Part shown: positions 1-11,721 of the stretch, in pieces
Numbering within the stretch: the first letter of the stretch is position 1
Layout of the letters: each line of letters starts with the position of its first letter
Source: the human T2T-CHM13v2.0 reference genome, Homo sapiens
Direction: 5' to 3' (one strand)
Assembly (NCBI RefSeq): GCF_009914755.1
Contig: NC_060925.1
DNA: 64,000 nt
The notes under the pieces: generated by a model
Seen by the model: the letters and a program-made list of their open reading frames with translations, nothing else
Database searches by the model: none
What the model was told of the DNA's origin: nothing
Made by a program: the position numbers and the translations under genes

Positions 1-20
1 TATTATGACCACTTAGAGGC

Positions 21-37
21 CTTCGTTGGAAACGGGT
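21..37 (+). promoter_or_regulatory. CENP-B box (first of ~188; recurs about every 340 bp to 63912-63928)
   Basis: cttcgttggaaacgggt here and cttcgttggaaacggga in most dimers (e.g. 701-717, 1041-1057); both match the core NTTCGNNNNANNCGGGN. Confidence 0.97.
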
Positions 38-529
38 TTTCTTCATGTAAGGCTAGACAGAAGAATTCCCAGTAACTTCCTTGTGTTGTGTGCATTCAAC
101 TCACAGAGTTGAACGTTCCCTTAGACAGAGCAGATTTGAAACACTCTATTTGTGCAATTTGCAAGTGTAGATTTCAAGCGCTTTAAGGTCAATGGCAGAA
201 AAGGAAATTTCTTCGTTGCAAAACTAGACAGAATCATTCCCACAAACTGCGTTGTGATGTGTTCGTTCAACTCACAGAGTTTAACCTTTCTGTTCATAGA
301 GCAGTTAGGAAACACTCTGTTTGTAAAGTCTGCAAGTGGATATTCAGACCTCCTTGAGGCCTTCGTTGCAAACGGGATTTCTTCATATTCTGCTAGACAG
401 AAGAATTCTCAGTAACTTCCTTGTGTTGTGTGTATTCAACTCACAGAGTTGAACGACCCTTTACACAGAGCAGACTTGAAACACTCTTTTTGTGGAATTT
501 GCAAGTGGAGATTTCAGCCGCTTTGAGGT

Positions 530-546
530 CAATGGTAGAAAAGGAA
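530..546 (+). promoter_or_regulatory. A-box (pJalpha-type) position in the alternate, CENP-B-box-less monomer; representative copy
   Basis: caatggtagaaaaggaa occupies the position homologous to the CENP-B box ~170 bp away and resembles the pJalpha motif CTAyGGTGrAAAAGGAA with mismatches. Confidence 0.55.
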
Positions 547-2102
547 ATATCTTCGTACAAAGACTAGACAGAATGATTCTCATAAACTCCTTTGTGATGT
601 GTGCGTTCAACTCACAGAGTTTAACTTTTCTTTTCATAGAGCAGTTAGGAAACACTCTCTTTGTAAAGTCTGCAAGTGGATATTCAGACCTCTTTGAGGC
701 CTTCGTTGGAAACGGGATTTCTTCATATTCTGCTATTCAGAAGAATTCTCAGTAACTTCCTTGTGTTGTGTGTATTCAACTCACAGAGTTGAACGATCCT
801 TTACACAGAGCAGACTTGAAACACTCTTTTTGTGGAATTTGCAAGTGGAGATTTCAGCCGCTTTGAGGTCAATGGTAGAATAGGAAATATCTTCCTATAG
901 AAACTAGACAGAACGATTCTCAGAAACTCCTTTGTGATGTGTGCGTTCAACTCACAGAGTTTAAACTTTCTTTTCATAGAGCCGTTAGGAAACACTCTGT
1001 TTGTAAAGTCTGCAAGTGGATATTCAGACCTCTTTGAGGCCTTCGTTGGAAACGGGATTTCTTCATATTCTGCTAGACAGAAGAATTCTCAGTAACTTCC
1101 TTGTGTTGTGTGTATTCAACTCACAGAGTTGAAGGATCCTTTACACAGAGCAGACTTGAAACACTCTTTTTGTCGAATTTGCAAGTGGAGATTTCAGCCG
1201 CTTTGAGGTCAATAGTAGAAAAGGAAATATCTTCGTAGAAAAACTAGACAGAATGATTCTCAGAAACTCCTTTGTGATGTGTGTGTTCAACTCACAGAGT
1301 TTAACCTTTCTTTTCCTAGAGCAGTTAGTAAACACTCTGTTTGTAAAGTCTGCAAGTGGATATTCAGACCTCTTTGAGGCCTTCGATGGAAACGGGATTT
1401 CTTCATATTCTGCTAGACAGAAGGATTCTCAGTAACTTCCTTGTGTTGTGTGTATTCAACTCACAGAGTTGAACGATCCTTTACAGAGAGCAGGCTTGAA
1501 ACACTCTTTTTGTCGAATTTGCAAGTGGAGATTTCAGCCGCTTTGAGGTCAATGGTAGAATAGGAAATATCTTCTTATAGAAACTAGACAGAATGATTCT
1601 CATAAACTCCTTTGTGATGTGTGCGTTCAACTCACAGAGTTTAACCTTTCTTTTCATAGAGCAGTTAGGAAACACTCTGTTTGTAAAGTCTGCAAGTGGA
1701 TATTCAGACCTCCTTGAGGCCTTCGTTGGAAACGGGATTTCTTCATATTCTGCTAGACAGAAGAATTCTCAGTAACTTCCTTGTGTTGTGTTTATTCAAC
1801 TCACAGAGTTGAAGGATCCTTTACACAGAGCAGACTTGAAACACTCTTTTTGTGGAATTTGCAAGTGGAGATTTCAGCCGCTTTGAGGTCAATGGTAGAA
1901 AAGTAAATATCTTCGTATAAAGACTAGACAGAATGATTCTCAGAAACTCCTTTGTGATGTGTGCGTTCAACTCACAGAGTTTAACCTTTCTGTTCATAGA
2001 GCAGTTAGGAAACACTCTGTTTGTAAAGTCTGCAAGTGGATATTCAGACCTCCTTGAGGCCTTCGTTGGAAACGGGATTTCTTCATATTCTGCTAGACAG
2101 AA

Positions 2103-2782
2103 GAATTCTCAGTAACTTCCTTGTGTTGTGTGTATTCAACTGACAGAGTTGAACTTTCATTTAGAGAGAGCAGATTTGAAACACTGTTTTTGTGGAATTT
2201 GCAATTGGAGATTTCAAGCGCTTTGGGGCCAAAGGCAGAAAAGGAAATATCTTCGTATAAAAACTAGACAGAATCATTCTCAGAAACTGCTGCGTGATGT
2301 GTGCGTTCAACTCTCAGAGTTTAACTTTTCTTTTCATTCAGCGGTTTGGAAACACTCTGTTTGTAAAGTCTGCACGTGGAAATTTTGACCACTTAGAGGC
2401 CTTCGTTGGAAACGGGTTTTTTTCATGTAAGTCTAGACAGAAGAATTCCCAGTAACTTCCTTGTGTTGTGTGCATTCAACTCACAGAGTTGAACGTTCCC
2501 TTAGACAGAGCAGATTTGAAACACTCTATTTGTGCAATTTGCAAGTGTAGTTTTCCAGCTCTTTAAGGTCAACGGCAGAAAAGGAAATATCTTCGTTTCA
2601 AAAGTAGACAGAATCATTCCCACAAACTGCGTTGTGATGTGTTCGTTCAACTCACAGAGTTTAACCTTTCTGTTCATAGAGCAGTTAGGAAACACTCTGT
2701 TTGTAAAGTCTGCAAGTGGATATTCAGACCTCTTTGAGGCCTTCGTTGGAAACGGGATTTCTTCATATTCTGCTAGACAGAA
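2103..2782 (+). repeat. Diverged marker dimer pair X+Y that defines each HOR unit (representative copy; 29 complete copies plus a partial one at the window start)
   Basis: X carries ctgacagagttgaactttcatttagagag, ctttggggccaaaggcag, cattcagcggtttgg and ttttgaccacttagagg. Y carries aattcccag, gaacgttcccttagacag and cattcccacaaactgcgttg. X always directly precedes Y. Confidence 0.92.
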
Positions 2783-4819
2783 GAATTCTCAGTAACTTCC
2801 TTGTGTTGTGTGTATTCAACTCACAGAGTTGAACGATCCTTTACACAGAGCAGACTTGAAACACTCTTTTTGTGGAATTTGCAAGTGGAGATTTCAGCCG
2901 CTTTGAGGTCAATAGTAGAAAAGGAAATATCTTCGTAGAAAAACTAGACAGAATGATTCTCAGAAACTCCTTTGTGATGTGTGTGTTCAACTCACAGAGT
3001 TTAACCTTTCTTTTTCATAGAGCAGTTAGTAAACACTCTGTTTATAAAGTCTGCAAGTGGTTATTCAGACCCCTTTGTGGCCTTCGTTGGAAACGGGATT
3101 TCTTCATATTATGCTAGACAGAAGAATTCTCAGTAACTTCCTTGTGTTGTGTGTATTCAACTGACAGAGTTGAACTTTCATTTAGAGAGAGCAGATTTGA
3201 AACACTGTTTTTGTGGAATTTGCAAGTGGAAATTTCAAGCGCTTTGGGGTCAAAGGCAGAAAAGGAAATATCTTCGTATAAAAACTAGACAGAATCATTC
3301 TCAGAAACTGCTGCGTGATGTGTGCGTTCAACTCTCAGAGTTTAACTTTTCTTTTCATTCAGCGGTTTGGAAACACTCTGTTTGTAAAGTCTGCACGTGG
3401 ATATTTTGACCACTTAGAGGCCTTCGTTGGAAACGGGTTTTTTTTCATGTAAGGCTAGACAGAAGAATTCCCAGTAACTTCCTTGTGTTGTGTGCATTCA
3501 ACTCACAGAGTTGAACGTTCCCTTAGACAGAGCAGATTTGAAACACTCTATTTGTGCAATTTGAAAGTGTAGATTTCAAGCGCTTTAAGGTCAACGGCAG
3601 AAAAGGAAATATCTTCGTTTCAAAACTAGACAGAATCATTCCCACAAACTGCGTTGTGATGTGTTCGTTCAACTCACAGAGTTTAACCTTTCTGTTCATA
3701 GAGCAGTTAGGAAACACTCTGTTTGTAAAGTCTGTAAGTGGATATTCTGACATCTTGTGGCCTTCGTTGGAAACGGGATTTCTTCATATTCTGCTAGACA
3801 GAAGAATTCTCAGTAACTTCCTTGTGTTGTGTGTATTCAACTCACAGAGTTGAACGATCCTTTACACAGAGCAGACTTGAAACACTCTTTTTGTGGAATT
3901 TGCAAGTGGAGATTTCAGCCGCTTTGAGGTCAATGGTAGAAAAGGAAACTATCTTCATATAAAGACTAGACAGAATGATTCTCAGAAAATCTTTTGTGAT
4001 GTGTGCGTTCAACTCACAAAGTTTAACTTTTCTTCTCATAGAGCAGTTAGGAAACACTCTGTTTGTAAAGTCTGCAAGTGGATATTCAGACCTCTTTGAG
4101 GCCTTCGTTGGAAACGGGATTTCTTCATATTATGCTAGACAGAATAATTCTCAGTAACTTCCTTGTGTTGTGTGTATTCAACTCACAGAGTTGAAGGATC
4201 CTTTACAGAGAGCAGGCTTGAAACACTCTTTTTGTCGAATTTGCAAGTGGAGATTTCAGCCGCTTTGAGGTCAATGGTAGAATAGGAAATATCTTCTTAT
4301 AGAAACTAGACAGAATGATTCTCATAAACTCCTTTGTGATGTGTGCGTTCAACTCACAGAGTTTAACCTTTCTTTTCATAGAGCAGTTAGGAAACACTCT
4401 GTTTGTAAAGTCTGCAAGTGGATATTCAGACCTCCTTGAGGCCTTCGTTGGAAACGGGATTTCTTCATATTCTGCTAGACAGAAGAATTCTCAGTAACTT
4501 CCTTGTGTTGTGTTTATTCAACTCACAGAGTTGAATGATCCTTTACACAGAGCAGACTTGAAACACTCTTTTTGTGGAATTTGCAAGTGGAGATTTCAGC
4601 CGCTTTGAGGTCAATGGTAGAAAAGTAAATATCTTCGTATAAAGACTAGACAGAATGATTCTCAGAAACTCCTTTGTGATGTGTGCGTTCAACTCACAGA
4701 GTTTAACCTTTCTGTTCATAGAGCAGTTAGGAAACACTCTGTTTGTAAAGTCTGCAAGTGGATATTCAGACCTCCTTGAGGCCTTCGTTGGAAACGGGAT
4801 TTCTTCATATTCTGCTACA

Positions 4820-6300
4820 CAGAAGAATTCTCAGTAACTTCCTTGTGTTGTGTGTATTCAACTCACAGAGTTGAACGATCCTTTACACAGAGCAGACTTG
4901 AAACACTCTTTTTGTGGAATTTGCAAGTGGAGATTTCAGCCGCTTTGAGGTCAATGGTAGAAAAGGAAATATCTTCGTATAAAGACTAGACAGAATGATT
5001 CTCAGAAACTCCTTTGTGATGTGTGCGTTCAACTCACAGAGTTTAACTTTTCTTTTCATAGAGCAGTTAGGAAACACTCTGTTTGTAAAGTCTGCAAGTG
5101 GATATTCAGACCTCTTTGAGGCCTTCGTTGGAAACGGGATTTCTTCATATTATGCTAGACAGAAGAATTCTCAGTAACTTCCTTGTGTTGTGTGTATTCA
5201 ACTCACAGAGTTGAACGATCCTTTACACAGAGCAGACTTGAAACATTCTTTTTGTGGAATTTGCAAGTGGAGATTTCAGCCGCTTTGAGGTCAATGGTAG
5301 AATAGGAAATATCTTCCTATAGAAACTAGACAGAACGATTCTCAGAAACTCCATTGTGATGTGTGCGTTCAACTCACAGAGTTTAACCTTTCTTTTCATA
5401 GAGCAGTTAGGAAACACTCTGTTTGTAAAGTCTGCAAGTGGATATTCAGACCTCTTTGAGGCCTTCGTGGAAACGGGATTTCTTCCTATTCTGCTAGACA
5501 GAAGAATTCTCAGTAACTTCCTTGTGTTGTGTGTATTCAACTCACAGAGTTGAACGATCCTTTACACAGAGCAGACTTGAAACACTCTTTTTGTGGAATT
5601 TGCAAGTGGAGATTTCAGCCGCTTTGAGGTCAATGGTAGAAAAGGAAATATCTTCGTATAAAGACTAGACAGAATGATTCTCAGAAACTCCTTTGTGATG
5701 TGTGCGTTCAACTCACAGAGTTTAACTTTTCTTTTCATAGAGCAGTTAGGAAACACTCTGTTTGTAAAGTCTGCAAGTGGATATTCAGACCTCTTTGAGG
5801 CCTTCGTTGGAAACGGGATTTCTTCATATTATGCTAGACAGAAGAATTCTCAGTAACTTCCTTGTGTTGTGTGTATTCAACTCACAGAGTTGAACGATCC
5901 TTTACACAGAGCAGACTTGAAACATTCTTTTTGTGGAATTTGCAAGTGGAGATTTCAGCCGCTTTGAGGTCAATGGTAGAATAGGAAATATCTTCCTATA
6001 GAAACTAGACAGAACGATTCTCAGAAACTCCATTGTGATGTGTGCGTTCAACTCACAGAGTTTAACCTTTCTTTTCATAGAGCAGTTAGGAAACACTCTG
6101 TTTGTAAAGTCTGCAAGTGGATATTCAGACCTCTTTGAGGCCTTGGTTGGAAACGGGATTTCTTCCTATTCTGCTAGACAGAAGAATTCTCAGTAACTTC
6201 CTTGTGTTGTGTGTATTCAACTCACAGAGTTGAACGATCCTTTACACAGAGCAGACTTGAAACACTCTTTTTGTGGAATTTGCAAGTGGAGATTTCAGCC
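4820..6300 (+). repeat. Tandem duplication of a 679 bp tetramer (also present in the copy at ~9916-11396)
   Basis: Dimers at 4883/5562 and 5223/5902 are offset by 679 bp and share aaacattctt, ccattgtg and tcttcctatt. Confidence 0.85.
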
Positions 6301-9300
6301 GCATTGAGGTCAATAGTAGAAAAGGAAATATCTTCGTAGAAAAACTAGACAGAATGATTGTCAGAAACTCCTTTGTGATGTGTGTGTTCAACTCACAGAG
6401 TTTAAGCTTTCTTTTCATAGAGCAGTTAGTAAACACTCTGTTTATAAAGTCTGCAAGTGGATATTCAGACCCCTTTGAGGCCTTCGTTGGAAACGGGATT
6501 TCTTCATATTATGCTAGACAGAAGAATTCTCAGTAACTTCCTTGTGTTGTGTGTATTCAACTGACAGAGTTGAACTTTCATTTAGAGAGAGCAGATTTGA
6601 AACACTGTTTTTGTGGAATTTGCAAGTGGAGATTTCAAGCGCTTTGGGGCCAAAGGCAGAAAAGGAAATATCTTCGTATAAAAACTAGACAGAATCATTC
6701 TCAGAAACTGCTGCGTGATGTGTGCGTTCAACTCTCAGAGTTTAACTTTTCTTTTCATTCAGCGGTTTGGAAACACTCTGTTTGTAAAGTCTGCACGTGG
6801 ATATTTTGACCACTTAGAGGCCTTCGTTGGAAACGGGTTTTTTTCATGTAAGGCTAGACAGAAGAATTCCCAGTAACTTCCTTGTGTTGTGTGCATTCAA
6901 CTCACAGAGTTGAACGTTCCCTTAGACAGAGCAGATTTGAAACACTCTATTTGTGCAATTTGCAAGTGTAGATTTCAAGCGCTTTAAGGTCAACGGCAGA
7001 AAAGGAAATATCTTCGTTTCAAAACTAGACAGAATCATTCCCACAAACTGCGTTGTGATGTGTTCGTTCAACTCACAGAGTTTAACCTTTCTGTTCATAG
7101 AGCAGTTAGGAAACACTCTGTTTGTAAAGTCTGTAAGTGGATATTCTGACATCTTGTGGCCTTCGTTGGAAACGGGATTTCTTCATATTCTGCTAGACAG
7201 AAGAATTCTCAGTAACTTCCTTGTGTTGTGTGTATTCAACTCACAGAGTTGAACGATCCTTTACACAGAGCAGACTTGAAACACTCTTTTTGTGGAATTT
7301 GCAAGTGGAGATTTCAGCCGCTTTGAGGTCAATGGTAGAAAAGTAAATATCTTCGTATAAAGACTAGACAGAATGATTCTCAGAAACTCCTTTGTGATGT
7401 GTGTGTTCAACTCACAGAGTTTAACCTTTCTTTTCATAGAGCAGTTAGTAAACACTCTGTTTATAAAGTCTGCAAGTGGATATTCAGACCCCTTTGAGGC
7501 CTTCGTTGGAAACGGGATTTCTTCATATTATGCTAGACAGAAGAATTCTCAGTAACTTCCTTGTGTTGTGTGTATTCAACTGACAGAGTTGAACTTTCAT
7601 TTAGAGAGAGTAGTTTTGAAACACTGTTTTTGTGGAATTTGCAAGTGGAGATTTCAAGCGCTTTGGGGCCAAAGGCAGAAAAGGAAATATCTTCGTATAA
7701 AAACTAGACAGAATCATTCTCAGAAACTGCTGCGTGATGTGTGCGTTCAACTCTCAGAGTTTAACTTTTCTTTTCATTCAGCGGTTTGGAAACACTCTCT
7801 TTGTAAAGTCTGCACGTGGAAATTTTGACCACTTAGAGGCCTTCGTTGGAAACGGGTTTTTTTCATGTAAGGCTAGACAGAAGAATTCCCAGTAACTTCC
7901 TTGTGTTGTGTGCATTCAACTCACAGAGTTGAACGTTCCCTTAGACAGAGCAGATTTGAAACACTCTATTTCTGCAATTTGCAAGTGTAGTTTTCAAGCT
8001 CTTTAAGGTCAACGGCAGAAAAGGAAATATCTTCGTTTCAAAACTAGACAGAATCATTCCCACAAACTGCGTTGTGATGTGTTCGTTCAACTCACAGAGT
8101 TTAACCTTTCTGTTCATAGAGCAGTTAGGAAACACTCTGTTTGTAAAGTCTGCAAGTGGATATTCAGACCTCCTTGAGGCCTTCGTTGGAAACGGGATTT
8201 CTTCATATTCTGCTAGACAGAAGAATTCTCAGTAACTTCCTTGTGTTGTGTTTATTCAACTCACAGAGTTGAATGATCCTTTACACAGAGCAGACTTGAA
8301 ACACTCTTTTTGTGGAATTTGCAAGTGGAGATTTCAGCCGCTTTGAGGTCAATGGTAGAAAAGTAAATATCTTCGTATAAAGACTAGACAGAATGATTCT
8401 CAGAAACTCCTTTGTGATGTGTGCGTTCAACTCACAGAGTTTAACCTTTCTGTTCATAGAGCAGTTAGGAAACACTCTGTTTGTAAAGTCTGCAAGTGGA
8501 TATTCAGACCTCCTTGAGGCCTTCGTTGGAAACGGGATTTCTTCATATTCTGCTAGACAGAAGAATTCTCAGTAACTTCCTTGTGTTGTGTGTATTCAAC
8601 TCACAGAGTTGAACGATCCTTTACACAGAGCAGACTTGAAACACTCTTTTTGTGGAATTTGCAATAGGAGATTTCAGCCGCTTTGAGGTCAATAGTAGAA
8701 AAGGAAACATCTTCGTAGAAAAACTAGACAGAATGATTCTCAGAAACTCCTTTGTGATGTGTGTGTTCAACTCACAGAGTTTAACCTTTCTTTTCATAGA
8801 GCAGTTAGTAAACACTCTGTTTATAAAGTCTGCAAGTGGATATTCAGACCCCTTTGAGGCCTTCGTTGGAAACGGGATTTCTTCATATTATGCTAGACAG
8901 AAGAATTCTCAGTAACTTCCTTGTGTTGTGTGTATTCAACTGACAGAGTTGAACTTTCATTTGGAGAGAGCAGATTTGAAACACTGTTTTTGTGGAATTT
9001 GCAAGTGGAGGTTTCAAGCGCTTTGGGGCCAAAGGCAGAAAAGGAAATATCTTCGTATAAAAACTAGACAGAATCATTCTCAGAAACTGCTGCGTGATGT
9101 GTGCGTTCAACTCTCAGAGTTTAACTTTTCTTTTCATTCAGCGGTTTGGAAACACTCTGTTTGTAAAGTCTGCACGTGGATATTTTGACCACTTAGAGGC
9201 CTTCGTTGGAAACGGGTTTTTTTCATGTAAGGCTAGACAGAAGAATTCCCAGTAACTTCCTTGTGTTGTGTGCATTCAACTCACAGAGTTGAACGTTCCC

Positions 9301-9915
9301 TTAGACAGAGCAGATTTGAAACACTCTATTTGTGCAATTTACAAGTGTAGTTTTCAAGCTCTTTAAGGTCAACGGCAGAAAAGGAAATATCTTCGTTTCA
9401 AAACTAGACAGAATCATTCCCACAAACTGCGTTGTGATGTGTTCGTTCAACTCACAGAGTTTAACCTTTCTGTTCATAGAGCAGTTAGGAAACACTCTGT
9501 TTGTAAAGTCTGTAAGTGGATATTCTGACATCTTGTGGCCTTCGTTGGAAACGGGATTTCTTCATATTCTGCTAGACAGAAGAATTCTCAGTAACTTCCT
9601 TGTGTTGTGTGTATTCAACTCACAGAGTTGAACGATCCTTTACACAGAGCAGACTTGAAACACTCTTTTTGTGGAATTTGCAAGTGGAGATTTCAGCCGC
9701 TTTGAGGTCAATGGTAGAAAAGGAAATATCTTCGTATAAAGACTAGACAGAATGATTCTCAGAAACTCCTTTGTGATGTGTGCGTTCAACTCACAGAGTT
9801 TAACCTTTCTGTTCATAGAGCAGTTAGGAAACACTCTGTTTGTAAAGTCTGCAAGTGGATATCCGACCTCCTTGAGGCCTTCGTTGGAAACGGGATTTCT
9901 TCATATTCTGCTAGA

Positions 9916-11721
9916 CAGAAGAATTCTCAGTAACTTCCTTGTGTTGTGTGTATTCAACTCACAGAGTTGAACGATCCTTTACACAGAGCAGACTTGAAAC
10001 ACTCTTTTTGTGGAATTTGCAAGTGGAGATTTCAGCCGCTTTGAGGTCAATGGTAGAAAAGGAAATATCTTCGTATAAAGACTAGACAGAATGATTCTCA
10101 GAAACTCCTTTGTGATGTGTGCGTTCAACTCACAGAGTTTAACTTTTCTTTTCATAGAGCAGTTAGGAAACACTCTGTTTGTAAAGTCTGCAAGTGGATA
10201 TTCAGACCTCTTTGAGGCCATCGTTGGAAACGGGATTTCTTCATATTATGCTAGACAGAAGAATTCTCAGTAACTTCCTTGTGTTGTGTGTATTCAACTC
10301 ACAGAGTTGAACGATCCTTTACACAGAGCAGACTTGAAACATTCTTTTTGTGGAATTTGCATGTGGAGATTTCAGCCGCTTTGAGGTCAATGGTAGAATA
10401 GGAAATATCTTCCTATAGAAACTAGACAGAACGATTCTCAGAAACTCCATTGTGATGTGTGCGTTCAACTCACAGAGTTTAACCTTTCTTTTCATAGAGC
10501 AGTTAGGAAACACTCTGTTTGTAAAGTCTGCAAGTGGATATTCAGACCTCTTTGAGGCCTTCGTGGAAACGGGATTTCTTCCTATTCTGCTAGACAGAAG
10601 AATTCTCAGTAACTTCCTTGTGTTGTGTGTATTCAACTCACAGAGTTGAACGATCCTTTACACAGAGCAGACTTGAAACACTCTTTTTGTGGAATTTGCA
10701 AGTGGAGATTTCAGCCGCTTTGAGGTCAATGGTAGAAAAGGAAATATCTTCGTATAAAGACTAGACAGAATGATTCTCAGAAACTCCTTTGTGATGTGTG
10801 CGTTCAACTCACAGAGTTTAACTTTTCTTTTCATAGAGCAGTTAGGAAACACTCTGTTTGTAAAGTCTGCAAGTGGATATTCAGACCTCTTTGAGGCCTT
10901 CGTTGGAAACGGGATTTCTTCATATTATGCTAGACAGAAGAATTCTCAGTAACTTCCTTGTGTTGTGTGTATTCAACTCACAGAGTTGAACGATCCTTTA
11001 CACAGAGCAGACTTGAAACATTCTTTTTGTGGAATTTGCAAGTGGAGATTTCAGCCGCTTTGAGGTCAATGGTAGAATAGGAAATATCTTCCTATAGAAA
11101 CTAGACAGAACGATTCTCAGAAACTCCATTGTGATGTGTGCGTTCAACTCACAGAGTTTAACCTTTCTTTTCATAGAGCAGTTAGGAAACACTCTGTTTG
11201 TAAAGTCTGCAAGTGGATATTCAGACCTCTTTGAGGCCTTCGTTGGAAACGGGATTTCTTCCTATTCTGCTAGACAGAAGAATTCTCAGTAACTTCCTTG
11301 TGTTGTGTGTATTCAACTCACAGAGTTGAACGATCCTTTACACAGAGCAGACTTGAAACACTCTTTTTGTGGAATTTGCAAGTGGAGATTTCAGCCGCAT
11401 TGAGGTCAATAGTAGAAAAGGAAATATCTTCGTAGAAAAACTAGACAGAATGATTGTCAGAAACTCCTTTGTGATGTGTGTGTTCAACTCACAGAGTTTA
11501 AGCTTTCTTTTCATAGAGCAGTTAGTAAACACTCTGTTTATAAAGTCTGCAAGTGGATATTCAGACCCCTTTGAGGCCTTCGTTGGAAACGGGATTTCTT
11601 CATATTATGCTAGACAGAAGAATTCTCAGTAACTTCCTTGTGTTGTGTGTATTCAACTGACAGAGTTGAACTTTCATTTAGAGAGAGCAGATTTGAAACA
11701 CTGTTTTTGTGGAATTTGCAA
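9916..11721 (+). repeat. Dispersed copy of ~4820-6625 (offset 5,096 bp)
   Basis: Same dimer order and rare markers: 1-bp-deleted CENP-B box (5463/10559), gccgcattgagg, gattgtcag, tttaagcttt. Confidence 0.88.

Noticed and set aside
361-1397. Variant boxes cttcgttgcaaacggga (361) and cttcgatggaaacggga (1381); also tttcgttgg at 38083
   Set aside because: The changes fall at degenerate positions of NTTCGNNNNANNCGGGN, so they are not counted as disrupted.
3008-9870. Singleton 1-bp indels (extra t near 3011; gatatccgacc near 9861)
   Set aside because: Each is seen once; they cannot be told apart from sequencing or consensus error and have no evident consequence.
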